A DNA stretch of 64,000 bases from Cellvibrionaceae bacterium (GTDB lineage: Bacteria > Pseudomonadota > Gammaproteobacteria > Pseudomonadales > Cellvibrionaceae). The DNA is taken from positions 603 through 64,602 of the forward strand of contig JBLHWO010000001.1 in assembly GCA_047629215.1 (NCBI GenBank), read 5' to 3'. Shown in pieces: positions 10,945-20,889 of this stretch. The number at the start of each line of letters is the position of its first letter. The stretch's first letter is position 1. The translations under genes and the position numbers were made by a program. Below the pieces are notes generated by a model. The model was not told where the DNA came from, searched no databases, and saw nothing but the letters and a program-made list of their open reading frames with translations.

Positions 10945-11643
10945 ATGCGTATTGAACTTCAACCTGCTTATGTTCTTCATTCTCGCCCTTTCCGCGATTC
11001 CAGTCTTTTAGTTGATCTTCTTACGCGAGATCATGGGCGCTTGACTTTAATTGCCAAAGGCGCACGTAATCCAAAGCAAAGCCAGCGTCAGTTGCTTCAA
11101 GTACTGGTTCCCTTGTCAATTTCATGGCAAGGGAAAAGTGAATTGAAGACATTAATTGGAATCGAACCGGTGGGAAACCCTTTTTCACTTGAGGGTCGGT
11201 TTCTTTACAGCGCGTTCTACGCTAATGAATTGTTAACTTATTTATTAGCTCAAGGTGATTCAGTAACCGATATTTATGAGCTTTATAGTAACCTACTTTC
11301 TAACTTACAAGAAAAAAAAGATTTAGAGCTTACTTTGCGTGATTTTGAATTTTCTCTGCTTAATTTCATGGGCTATGGGATTAACTTTGAGCTGGAAGCT
11401 TCGGAAGGTATGCCAATAGCAGCAGAAAAATACTATGGTTTTATGAACGAAGCTGGTTTTTTCCCCGAAAACATGTGTTCTGATAAGACCTTGGCAATTT
11501 ACCAAGGGGCTCATTTGCTCGCCATTTCTGAAGGTAGGTATGATCACCCCCTTACTCGAAAGCTAGCTAAAAAAATCACACGAATTGCATTTTCTATACT
11601 GTTACAGGGGAAAGTAATTAAAAGCCGAGAGTTCTTTAATTAG
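10945..11643 (+). CDS. recO: DNA repair protein RecO
   Basis: The N-terminus QPAYVLHSRPFRDSSLLVDLLTRDHGRLTLIAKGAR is the typical RecO N-terminus, and the gene follows era. I used the ATG at 10945 rather than the TTG at 10927. Confidence 0.85.
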   Translation: MRIELQPAYVLHSRPFRDSSLLVDLLTRDHGRLTLIAKGARNPKQSQRQLLQVLVPLSISWQGKSELKTLIGIEPVGNPFSLEGRFLYSAFYANELLTYLLAQGDSVTDIYELYSNLLSNLQEKKDLELTLRDFEFSLLNFMGYGINFELEASEGMPIAAEKYYGFMNEAGFFPENMCSDKTLAIYQGAHLLAISEGRYDHPLTRKLAKKITRIAFSILLQGKVIKSREFFN

Positions 11644-11649
11644 TACTTA

Positions 11650-12756
11650 TTAGTGATCAAAGATAATATCTATATCGTGTTCTTCGGCCCACTTGATTAG
11701 TTCGTCTATCGATCTTATAAAAGCTGAAAACTGGTTTTTAGCATTATCTATTTGATTTTTCTCTAATACATTATCCAATATTTTGGCCTGTCTCTGTAAC
11801 TCAGGTACTCCGCAATAACAGCTCCCCCCATTAATTTTGTGTACTAGGCTGCCCAATTTTTTCCATTGATTGTTGTTAAATAATATCTCTATCTGATGTC
11901 TTTCTTCTTGTATGAGCGCGATTAACATGCGGAGCATCTCTTTTGCGAGATCATAGTTGTTTCTACTAAAGATGAGTGACTGCTTAACATCGACAACTTT
12001 ATTAATGGTCCCACTATCATCAGTTGATTTTTCTTTTATAAATTCTAGGGCTGCATTCGTAGGTGTATTAGCATATTTTATATTTTTTTTATTACTATCG
12101 CTTGTGCTTTCATCTAAGTGATTGTCGTGAGTCAGGCTAGAAAAGTTAGAGATCCGCCTATTTTTTTCCTTTATAACTGACTGGTTTGTTAACCATCGAT
12201 CAAGAGTGTTTAGTAATTCTTCATTGTCTAGAGGTTTGGTTAAATATTCATCAAAGCCAACAGTCAATGCCTCTAATCTTTTCTCATTACTACTGTGGGC
12301 GCTAATAGCAATAATAGGTAATCTTTTTTTGCTATCTGTTTCGAGGTCGCGAATTTTTTTAACGGCTTCTAAACCACTCATTTTCTCCATTTCAATATCC
12401 ATTAGAATAAGTGCGAATGGCTGTTTATGATAATAATCTACAGCTTCTTCACCATTTTCTGCTTCTACTATAGTCAGTGATAGAAAACGTAATATCTCTA
12501 TCACTATTCTTCGGTTAGCTTTACTGTCGTCGACTAATAATATAGCTACTCCATTTTGTGCCGGCTTCGTTAGATCTTTAGAGCGCAAATATCGCTGAAA
12601 AATAACCAGTAATAACCCAATAATCACTATGCATGAACAAATAAACATAATGATTTTCAGTGTGGCTCCAGCAAAAGCAAATAATGCGACAACAGCTAGT
12701 GCGATTATTATGGCTAGGCTAATTACGGAAGTAGGAATCCATTTGTTGGGTAGCAT
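11650..12756 (-). CDS. Membrane-anchored receiver (REC) plus Hpt phosphotransfer protein; GacS/BarA-like C-terminus without a kinase core
   Basis: 368 aa. Two N-terminal TM helices run directly into a REC domain (ILLVDDSKANR...ALILMDIEMEKMSG...LPIIAISAH...KPL). A low-complexity linker follows, then an Hpt domain (DLAKEMLRMLIALIQE...HKINGGSCYCGVPEL) that closely resembles the BarA/GacS Hpt. I could not recognise any HAMP, HisKA or HATPase motifs. Confidence 0.75.
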   Translation of the reverse strand: MLPNKWIPTSVISLAIIIALAVVALFAFAGATLKIIMFICSCIVIIGLLLVIFQRYLRSKDLTKPAQNGVAILLVDDSKANRRIVIEILRFLSLTIVEAENGEEAVDYYHKQPFALILMDIEMEKMSGLEAVKKIRDLETDSKKRLPIIAISAHSSNEKRLEALTVGFDEYLTKPLDNEELLNTLDRWLTNQSVIKEKNRRISNFSSLTHDNHLDESTSDSNKKNIKYANTPTNAALEFIKEKSTDDSGTINKVVDVKQSLIFSRNNYDLAKEMLRMLIALIQEERHQIEILFNNNQWKKLGSLVHKINGGSCYCGVPELQRQAKILDNVLEKNQIDNAKNQFSAFIRSIDELIKWAEEHDIDIIFDH

Positions 12757-12869
12757 TGGGTACCTATCATTTAGGTTCAGAAAAATGAAAAAGAGTTATT
12801 TGTTATACTTGCTAGCGAGTTAAGCTATTCAAGGGTAAAATAACCCTCTTTGATTCGCAAGCTGAATAA

Positions 12870-13799
12870 ATGATAAATCCTATACGCACTCCAAGCTCTA
12901 TTCATTTTCCAACAATCGAAGCTTGTATTGGTAATACCCCCCTAGTTAGACTGCAAAGGCTACCGGGTAATACCAGTAATATTATTCTTGCTAAGTTAGA
13001 GGGTAATAATCCAGCAGGTTCTGTTAAAGACCGTCCGGCGATGTCGATGATTACTAGGGCCGAGGCAAGGGGAGATATTAAGCCTGGTGATAGTTTGATT
13101 GAGGCAACCAGTGGTAACACTGGTATCGCTCTAGCCATGGCTGCGGCTATTAAAGGCTACCGTATAACGCTTATCATGCCTGTCAGTTCAACCGTTGAGC
13201 GAAAGCAAGCAATGACAGCTTATGGCGCCGAACTTATTTTGGTGCCCGAAGAAGAGGGTATGGAAGGCGCACGTGATTTAGCTTTAAAAATGCAGGCGGA
13301 AGGGATGGGTCGAGTATTGGATCAGTTCGCAAATAGTGATAATCCACTTGCCCACTATGAAGGCACTGGTCCAGAAATTTGGCAGCAAACTCAAGGTACA
13401 GTGACACATTTTGTTAGCTCTATGGGCACAACGGGGACAATTACTGGAACGTCTCGTTACCTTAAAGAACAAAATCCAGACATTCAAGTTGTTGGCTTAC
13501 AGCCACAAGAGGGCGACAGTATCCCAGGTATTAGACGTTGGTCTAAAGAGTATATTCCATCGATTTACGATGATAGCTATGTCGATCACATTATTGATAT
13601 GGGGCAAAAAGAAGCAGAGGACACTATGAGGGCCTTGGCTCAAAGAGAAGGTATTTTCAGTGGCGTGTCTTCTGGGGGAGATATAGCGGGGGCATTACGT
13701 TTAAGTCAAACGATCAGTAATGCAGTTATTGTTGCTATTGTCTGTGATCGAGGGGATCGTTATTTATCATCTGGCGTATTTAAAGCTGAGCAAGCTTAG
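12870..13799 (+). CDS. cysM: Cysteine synthase B
   Basis: 309 aa. IGNTPLVRLQRL, KLEGNNPAGSVKDR, TSGNTGIALA and SMGTTGTITG are co-linear with E. coli CysM as I remember it. Confidence 0.92.
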   Translation: MINPIRTPSSIHFPTIEACIGNTPLVRLQRLPGNTSNIILAKLEGNNPAGSVKDRPAMSMITRAEARGDIKPGDSLIEATSGNTGIALAMAAAIKGYRITLIMPVSSTVERKQAMTAYGAELILVPEEEGMEGARDLALKMQAEGMGRVLDQFANSDNPLAHYEGTGPEIWQQTQGTVTHFVSSMGTTGTITGTSRYLKEQNPDIQVVGLQPQEGDSIPGIRRWSKEYIPSIYDDSYVDHIIDMGQKEAEDTMRALAQREGIFSGVSSGGDIAGALRLSQTISNAVIVAIVCDRGDRYLSSGVFKAEQA

Positions 13800-13803
13800 C
13801 TAA

Positions 13804-15291
13804 ATGGCACGTTTTTATAAGCCAAAAAAGCAAGTCCAAGCTTCATTACCACGTACTCTGACCAATATTAAAGTGGAGCGGCTGAGTGATGACGGGCGTG
13901 GAATTGCAAAAATTAATACGGCTACCGAATTTTCCTCTGCATCTGCTTCAGGGCAAAAGCGAGCGAGCAGTAAAAGTAGCAAAGGCAAAACGGTTTTTAT
14001 CGATGGAGCACTGCCAGAAGAAACCGTCAATGCAACGGTTTTTCAGCACAGTAATCGCTATAGCGAGGCTTATGTAACGGAGATTATCAAGCCCAGTAAG
14101 CAGCGTGTGCAAGCCAAATGCAAGCATTACACTCGCTGTGGTGGTTGCCATGTGCAACACATGAGTATTGAAGAGCAGCACCGCTTTAAACTCGGGGCCA
14201 TACTTGATCAGTTAAAAAACTGGGCCCAAATAGAACCTGAAATTGTTATCCCAACATTATCTAGTGAGCAATACAGATATCGTCGCCGTGTTCGCTTAGG
14301 TGTAGATAGCCGAAAATCTGATGGGAATAAGCCCCTAATGGGTTTTAGGCAAAATAATAGCAAGCAGCTTATTCGTGTTACAGAATGCCCTGTTATGGTT
14401 GAGTCATTAGAGTCTCTTATTGAACCACTACAAATGTGGCTTAACACTTATGTCCTTTCTATTACCCATATAGAATTGATTGATACTGATAAAACGGTTG
14501 GAGTCGTTATTCGCTATGCTCGCTCACTGTCTTTAGATCTTCGCCAACAACTCCAAACAATTTTAGATCCTTTCGATGCAATATGCTGGTTTCAAAATGA
14601 AAAAAACGGTGATTTAGAAAGCGTTGAGGGGGTGAGAGTAAAGCCCGAGTTACGCTATGGTTTGAGCGACTCTTTACACTCCCAGTTGTTATCAGTGCAG
14701 CCAGTATCCGCTCGGCGATTAACACTGAACTTTCATCCTCAAGATTTTATTCAGGGTAATGCAAATGTTAATCAGTTAATGGTCACACAAGCGATTGAAC
14801 TGATGAAGCCACAAGCCGAGGAAAATATTCTCGATTTATTTTGTGGAGTCGGCAACTTTTCTTTACCCTTATCTCGCTTGGCTAAGCAGGTCAGAGGGGT
14901 AGAGGGTGTTGAAAATATGGTTGTAACTGCGACAGACAATGCCAAGCGCAATCATTGTGACAACACTCAATTTTTTAAAGTAGATTTGTCTGACTGGAAA
15001 GCGATAGTGTCTTCAGGAATGCTTTCGAGCTCTTGTGATGCACTAATTTTAGATCCGCCCAGAAGCGGCGCAAAAACACTTTGTGAAAAAATAAATAAAC
15101 TTATGCCAAAGCGCATTGTCTATGTGTCTTGCGACTCTGCGACTTTTGCCCGGGATGCACAATTATTGTGCGGTCATAGCTATATACTGTCCCATTTAGG
15201 CTTAGTTGATATGTTCCCACAGACATCTCATAGTGAAGTGATGGGGCTGTTTGTTCATCCATCTTGGAAGGAAGTTCAAGACCGTTTATAA
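13804..15291 (+). CDS. rlmD: 23S rRNA (uracil1939-C5)-methyltransferase RlmD (RumA)
   Basis: 495 aa with an N-terminal TRAM-like domain, the Fe-S cysteine cluster CKHYTRCGGCHVQH, the SAM motif LDLFCGVGNFSLPL and the C-terminal motif DPPRSGA. The rlmD-relA-mazG order matches E. coli and Pseudomonas. Confidence 0.88.
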   Translation: MARFYKPKKQVQASLPRTLTNIKVERLSDDGRGIAKINTATEFSSASASGQKRASSKSSKGKTVFIDGALPEETVNATVFQHSNRYSEAYVTEIIKPSKQRVQAKCKHYTRCGGCHVQHMSIEEQHRFKLGAILDQLKNWAQIEPEIVIPTLSSEQYRYRRRVRLGVDSRKSDGNKPLMGFRQNNSKQLIRVTECPVMVESLESLIEPLQMWLNTYVLSITHIELIDTDKTVGVVIRYARSLSLDLRQQLQTILDPFDAICWFQNEKNGDLESVEGVRVKPELRYGLSDSLHSQLLSVQPVSARRLTLNFHPQDFIQGNANVNQLMVTQAIELMKPQAEENILDLFCGVGNFSLPLSRLAKQVRGVEGVENMVVTATDNAKRNHCDNTQFFKVDLSDWKAIVSSGMLSSSCDALILDPPRSGAKTLCEKINKLMPKRIVYVSCDSATFARDAQLLCGHSYILSHLGLVDMFPQTSHSEVMGLFVHPSWKEVQDRL

Positions 15292-15368
15292 ACTGTCCCT
15301 TAGATAACAACATAGTTGATGCACGACCGTCAATCAAAATACCGTTTGGAAATAAATAATAGATCAAT

Positions 15369-17606
15369 ATGGTTCAAGTAAGGCAAGATTATACAGATTC
15401 AATACCGCGCGATATCGATATCAATGATTGGGCGCAACGTATTGTAAGTGCCGCAAAATTACCTGCATCTGCGATGCAACCTTTACTAAAGGTTGCAGCT
15501 ACAGCTCAGGTTTCAGAAGAGCAAGCTATAGCGGGTGATAACATTTGGTCTGAGCGTGCGAGTAGTTTTGTTTCTGGCCTTGAAATGGCTGATATTCTTG
15601 CAGACTTACAGCTTGACCAAGAAGCGCTTATTGCAGCAGTGATTTATCGTAGTGTTCGAGAGAATAAAATCGAATTGACGGATGTTAAAGCATTTTATGG
15701 CGAGAAGGTTGCTAAGTTGGTTGAAGGCGTTTTGAGAATGGCAGCAATACACTCCTTGCGCAACGATTCTGGTGAGGATGTCTTTGGTAAACAGTCTGAT
15801 GAGCAAGTTGAGAACGTGCGTAAAATGCTCGTTGCAATGGTCGATGATGTTCGTATTGCTTTGATCAAATTGGCAGAAAGAACATGCGCTATTCGAGCCG
15901 TAAAAAATGCTGATGAAACAAGAAAAGTGAAGGTCGCTAGAGAAGTTTCTGATATTTATGCACCCCTCGCCCATCGTTTAGGTATTGGACATATGAAATG
16001 GGAGCTTGAAGATCTAGCCTTTCGTTATTTAAAACCTCTGGACTATAAAAATATTGCTAGCTTGTTAGATGAAAAACGACTGGCAAGACAAACCTACATT
16101 GATAGCGTCGTTAATGCGCTTACTACGCAAATTAAGACAAGCAGTATTGTTGCAGAAGTATCTGGTCGAGCTAAGCATATCTATAGTATTTGGAGAAAGA
16201 TGCAGAGGAAGGGCATTGATTTTTCTGAGGTGTATGATATTCGAGCCGTTAGAATTATGGTGGAAAATATACGAGACTGTTACGAAGTCTTGGGTATAGT
16301 GCATACAATGTGGCGCAATATTCCCCATGAGTTTGATGATTATATTGCGGCCCCCAAAGAAAATGGTTATCGCTCATTGCATACCGCTGTTTTGGGCGCA
16401 GAAAATAAAGTATTAGAAGTCCAAATACGCTCTCACTCTATGCACGAAGAAGCAGAATATGGTGTTTGTTCACATTGGCGATATAAAGGTACTGATAGTG
16501 ACCGACCCAATGACAGCTATGAAAAGAAAATTGAATGGTTAAGGCAAGTATTAGAGTGGCATGAAGAGTTAGGTGTAAATCCTTTATCCGATGACTTAAG
16601 TCAAGGCATAGAGCAAGATCGCATTTATTTGTTTACACCAGAAGGCCACATCCTAGATCTACCGTACAAAGCGACACCCTTAGATTTTGCCTATCGTATT
16701 CATACTGAAATTGGCCACAGTTGTCGAGGCGCAAAAGTTAATGGCCGCATCGTGCCACTCAACACCATTCTTAAAATGTCAGATCAAGTTGAAATACTGA
16801 CGGGTAAACAAACGATTCCCAGCCGTGACTGGTTGATAGAAAGTTTAGGTTATTTAAATACCTCGCGTGCGCGTGCCAAAGTCCGTCAATGGTTCGGCGC
16901 CCAGGCCAAAGATCAAAATATTGCCGATGGCCGAGCACTTTTCGATAGAGAATTAAAACATCTAGGAATTCGCGAATTAAATTTTGAAAAATTAGTGTTA
17001 ACACTTAAGCAAAATGATCTAGATGAGCTTTATGCCAGTATTGGTTCAGGCGATGTTGGTGTAGGCTACGTAATAAAAGCGGCGCAAAAACTAATCGCAC
17101 CAATCGAAGAGCCAAAAATACATCTTGTCCAAAAAAAATCAACGCCGGGTCAAAATGATGTTTATATCGACGGCGTCGGTAATCTAATGACCACTATTGC
17201 GAACTGTTGTCATGCTTTACCCGGAGATGAAATTAGTGGCTATATAACTCAGGGAAGAGGCGTTTCTATTCATAGAAAAGATTGCAGTAATTTTTTGCAA
17301 TTGGAAACGGACGAATCCGAACGCATAATTAAGGTTAATTGGGGTGAAGAGCCAAAGCAGTATTACGAAGTTGATATTATGGTTGAAGCTTATGATCGAC
17401 AGGGTTTATTGCGCGATATTACTGTTCTCTTAGATAACTCTCACGTGAATGTTGTAGCCATGCAAACCTTATCGGATCGTGGTAATCATACAGTGGATAT
17501 GGTTATGACTATCGAAATAAAAGACTTCAGCGAATTAAGCCGTATTCTGGCCCGAGTCAATCAATTGCCTAATATCGCATCGGCTAGGCGTCAGAATTGT
17601 GAGTAA
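15369..17606 (+). CDS. relA: GTP pyrophosphokinase RelA
   Basis: 745 aa. It has a degenerate HD region, the synthetase motifs SGRAKHIYSIWRKM and YRSLHTAV, then TGS and ACT-like C-terminal domains. It sits between rlmD and mazG. Confidence 0.93.
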   Translation: MVQVRQDYTDSIPRDIDINDWAQRIVSAAKLPASAMQPLLKVAATAQVSEEQAIAGDNIWSERASSFVSGLEMADILADLQLDQEALIAAVIYRSVRENKIELTDVKAFYGEKVAKLVEGVLRMAAIHSLRNDSGEDVFGKQSDEQVENVRKMLVAMVDDVRIALIKLAERTCAIRAVKNADETRKVKVAREVSDIYAPLAHRLGIGHMKWELEDLAFRYLKPLDYKNIASLLDEKRLARQTYIDSVVNALTTQIKTSSIVAEVSGRAKHIYSIWRKMQRKGIDFSEVYDIRAVRIMVENIRDCYEVLGIVHTMWRNIPHEFDDYIAAPKENGYRSLHTAVLGAENKVLEVQIRSHSMHEEAEYGVCSHWRYKGTDSDRPNDSYEKKIEWLRQVLEWHEELGVNPLSDDLSQGIEQDRIYLFTPEGHILDLPYKATPLDFAYRIHTEIGHSCRGAKVNGRIVPLNTILKMSDQVEILTGKQTIPSRDWLIESLGYLNTSRARAKVRQWFGAQAKDQNIADGRALFDRELKHLGIRELNFEKLVLTLKQNDLDELYASIGSGDVGVGYVIKAAQKLIAPIEEPKIHLVQKKSTPGQNDVYIDGVGNLMTTIANCCHALPGDEISGYITQGRGVSIHRKDCSNFLQLETDESERIIKVNWGEEPKQYYEVDIMVEAYDRQGLLRDITVLLDNSHVNVVAMQTLSDRGNHTVDMVMTIEIKDFSELSRILARVNQLPNIASARRQNCE

Positions 17607-18519
17607 ATCAATCTATTCTCTTGAAGATTTATTAACACTAATGGCGCGTTTACGTGAGCCAGATTACGGTTGCCCTTGGGATTTAGCTCAATCCTATAAA
17701 ACAATTACCTCTTCAACATTAGAAGAAGCCTATGAAGTCGTAGATGCCATAGAGCAGGATGATCCTAAACAGCTAAAAGAAGAGTTAGGTGATTTATTAT
17801 TTCAAATTATTTTTTATAGCCACTTAGGTAAAGAAGAAGAAAAATTTGATTTTCATGATGTTGTATCTTCTCTTACCGAAAAGCTACTGCGCCGTCACCC
17901 ACATGTATTTCCAGATGGAACGCTGGATAGCCGCATTGATTTAAATAGTGCTTTCCGCTCTAGTGATGATAAGCCGCAAAACGGCGTACAGCCGAACATA
18001 AAAAAAGTATGGGAAAAAACTAAAGCTGAAGAGCGGCAATCGAAGGGTCATAATAGTTTGATGGATGATATACCCTTAGCCTTACCGGGCACTGTCCGCG
18101 CTATTAAATTGCAAAAACGTGCCGCATCAGTCAATTTCGATTGGTCTAATATTCAAGACGTTTATGATAAGGTTCAAGAAGAAATAGCAGAGCTACGAGA
18201 GGCCGGTGTTGCATTTCAAGGTTCCAATAAGCACGTGTACACACCGGCAGACGATAACTATGTTCAAAATCAAGCTGAAAGCTCAGAGGACGCAGTAGAG
18301 GAAGAGTTAGGCGACTTACTATTTACAGTGATTAGTTTATCCCGCCATTTGAAGGTCGATTCAGAGACTGCTCTGCGGAGGGCTAATAGTAAGTTTGAAT
18401 CACGCTTTCGTTATATAGAGATGCTTGCAAGTCAGCAGTCTAAAGAGTTAGCAGTCTTGTCAGAAGATGTACTTGAGGAGTGGTGGCAAATTGCCAAGAA
18501 AGAGACCAAAAATATATAA
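17599..18519 (+). CDS. mazG: Nucleoside triphosphate pyrophosphohydrolase MazG
   Basis: 306 aa with tandem MazG domains (LEEAYEVVDAIE, EELGDLLFQI and a second EELGDLLFTV). The GTG start overlaps the relA stop. Confidence 0.9.
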   Translation: MSKSIYSLEDLLTLMARLREPDYGCPWDLAQSYKTITSSTLEEAYEVVDAIEQDDPKQLKEELGDLLFQIIFYSHLGKEEEKFDFHDVVSSLTEKLLRRHPHVFPDGTLDSRIDLNSAFRSSDDKPQNGVQPNIKKVWEKTKAEERQSKGHNSLMDDIPLALPGTVRAIKLQKRAASVNFDWSNIQDVYDKVQEEIAELREAGVAFQGSNKHVYTPADDNYVQNQAESSEDAVEEELGDLLFTVISLSRHLKVDSETALRRANSKFESRFRYIEMLASQQSKELAVLSEDVLEEWWQIAKKETKNI

Positions 18520-18874
18520 CTACTTAATAGCCATTTAACTATGAAGCGCCAAGTATGTGTGGCAGTAGCAATAGTCTAAGCTTGGAGGGGGCTTTTGGTT
18601 GAGGTTAGGCTAGTTGGCATGTTATCTTACTCGTTTGACCTTACTAAACCAGAACCAGTTAAAATTAACTGGAATCAACTTGAAAGAATGATAGATTATC
18701 GATGCTTTTAGACAATGAGATAGATAATAATAAAAATAGACGAGGCTTTCCTTGCCTTATGCAGAGTTTTGAAAAAGAGGTTGGCCACTACAGGTGCTTT
18801 TCAAGGAAGTGCTGAGAAATATATTAAGACGGTCTCAATCATTCATTTACAGATAATACATAGGAGTACTCCAA

Positions 18875-19528
18875 GTGCGAGTTATTTTATTAGGTGCGCC
18901 TGGTGCCGGCAAAGGCACTCAGGCAAGATATATTATGGAAGAGTTTGCTATTCCACAAATCTCCACGGGAGATATGCTTAGAGCTGCAGTGAGAGAAGGA
19001 ACAGATCTTGGTTTACAAGTTAAAGATATTATGGCTTCTGGTGGATTGGTCTCAGATGACATCATTATTGCTTTAGTAAAAGAGCGTATTCAAGCATCTG
19101 ACTGTAAAAATGGCTTTTTATTTGATGGTTTTCCCCGAACAATTCCTCAGGCTCAGTCATTAGTTGATGGCGGTGTAGTGATTGATAATGTTGTGGAAAT
19201 CCACGTAGATGATGAAGAAATTGTTGCACGTTTAAGTGGCCGTCGCGTGCACCAAGAGTCTGGTCGTATTTATCATGTCGACCACAATCCTCCTAAAGTT
19301 GAAGGGTTGGATGATGAGACCGGCGATCCATTAATTCACAGAGAAGATGACTTAGAAGCGACCGTTCGGAAACGTTTATCGGTATATCATGAACAAACAG
19401 AACCGTTAGTCGATTTTTATAAAAATTTAGACAATCAAAATAGATCTCCATCACCTAGCTGTAGTCGTGTAGTCGGTGTTGGAGCAGTAAGTGATATAAA
19501 GCAGCAGTTATTTGCCGTATTAAAATAA
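18875..19528 (+). CDS. adk: Adenylate kinase
   Basis: 217 aa. [25 protein letters not shown] and FLFDGFPRT are present, along with a LID region. It uses a GTG start. Confidence 0.95.
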   Translation: MRVILLGAPGAGKGTQARYIMEEFAIPQISTGDMLRAAVREGTDLGLQVKDIMASGGLVSDDIIIALVKERIQASDCKNGFLFDGFPRTIPQAQSLVDGGVVIDNVVEIHVDDEEIVARLSGRRVHQESGRIYHVDHNPPKVEGLDDETGDPLIHREDDLEATVRKRLSVYHEQTEPLVDFYKNLDNQNRSPSPSCSRVVGVGAVSDIKQQLFAVLK

Positions 19529-19550
19529 ATTATGTTGTTTCAAATCGTTA

Positions 19551-19576
19551 AAAAAGCCCTTCAAGGGTTTTTTTGC
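19551..19576 (+). terminator. Rho-independent terminator after adk
   Basis: AAAAAGCCCT-TCA-AGGGTTTTTT forms a hairpin flanked by an A-run and a T-run. Confidence 0.65.
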
Positions 19577-19883
19577 CTCTCTCTAAAAATTGCACTTACG
19601 AATTTAATCTAGCTAACCAATAATTAAATGTTAGAGCGTACTATTACCTACAAAATTTAATAAAAAATAGTGGTTTTAAAAAAACAGTTAAAAAAATCCG
19701 TTTTTAGCAAAAAAACGTGGAAATAATGCAAAAGTGCTTTTTCAAATACTATTCGTGGAGAGCGTTGAATTGCCGGCTATAAATTTTACATGTTGTAGTG
19801 AAGCAGTATCGTTTTCTCTAAGTTGAAAGAATGCTTCATAACAATAGCGTAACTATTATTTCAAAGTCATCAGAGGAAAATGC

Positions 19884-20500
19884 TATGGCTAGATTTGAAA
19901 AAAATCACCAGCAAAGTGCTGTGCGAAATGTAAAGTGGTCGCACGTAAGTCAGTGGCTAAAAAACAGTAGCTAATAAGTAATATCAACTGCTGTTGAGAA
20001 AGTGCAAGCAACAGTTGATAGATTACACGCTAGCATCAAAAAAAAGCCTCAGTAGTAACTGCAGTTCGAAAAAAAGTGGTAGCCGCTAAAAATAAAGCTA
20101 CAAAAGAAAAAGCAGCGGCGAGTAAGAGAGCTACAGTTTCTGCTTCAAATGCTGTTAAAAAAGCTTGCGCATCAGCGGCAGCATTACGTGGTGAGGCAAA
20201 AAGTGCAATGTTAGTACTGAATAAAACTAAAACTTTGGATTCTGTAACGCAGGCCGAAGCTGTTGCAAAAGTACTTATAGCTACAATGGTCGATAGTTTG
20301 AAATAAAAATCAGATATTGATTTGAAAAAAGCAGCAGCAGATTTCGAGAAAGAATAAACGGAGCGTGCCGTAGCTAATGCTTAAAAGGTAAAAGCAGTAG
20401 AGAAAAAGGCTGCCGTTAAAGTCAAATCGGAGGCTAAAAAAGCCCTCCCGTAAAAACAAAGGCCGCTAAACACGGAAGTAAGAGTAAGTAAGCACTATTT
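19884..20500 (+). pseudogene. Degraded Lys/Ala-rich ORF (possibly a histone-like or granule-associated-like protein); boundaries approximate
   Basis: K/A-rich coding-like sequence is spread over all three forward frames, for example MARFEKN.., VISTAVEKVQATVDRLHASIKKKPQ, the track ORF 20076-20306 (VVAAKNKATKEKAAASKRA...) and KVKAVEKKAAVKVKSEAKKA. Stops and frameshifts interrupt it. The family assignment is uncertain. Confidence 0.3.
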
Positions 20501-20630
20501 CATCGAATAGGTTAACACTCTTTTAGCTGACTTGAGTGATTTGAAACGGTTTATGCAAGCTGCTTATTAGTGAAAGCACTAGCTGCAAAAACTTGGGGCT
20601 TTTTATGTTCAGAATGTATTCTCCGTCCTA

Positions 20631-20889
20631 GAGGGTAATAAATGCTCCTCGGCAACTACTCCTGCGTCTCCTAAAAGCGCCTACTATTGGTGCTCTACGC
20701 AAATTACACCCATGTAACGATGCATTATCGACTCTCCCTCCATGGAGGGAGGGAATGCAAAATAGTTATCGGGAATAACTATTGCCCATGGCGGTTGTAT
20801 CCTAAGGTCGCATGGATACAAAGTAGCGAGTCATTTACAGAATGTAATGTCCTCGCAAAGTAGCAGGAATCGGCATCCTTTACTCATCC
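20631..20889. repeat. About 260-bp non-coding palindrome-rich element related to the MITE-like families
   Basis: It contains the CTCCCTCCATGGAGGGAG palindrome module also seen at 28221-28238, 36397-36414 and 51529-51546. Three further perfect or near-perfect hairpins lie at 20761-20783, 20795-20821 and 20832-20849. The ends are weakly inverted (GGCAACTACTCCTGCG versus CGCAAAGTAGCAGGAA). Confidence 0.45.

Noticed and set aside
18769-18981. A 70-aa ORF upstream of and overlapping adk.
   Set aside because: It overlaps the well-supported adk start in another frame and has no recognisable features.
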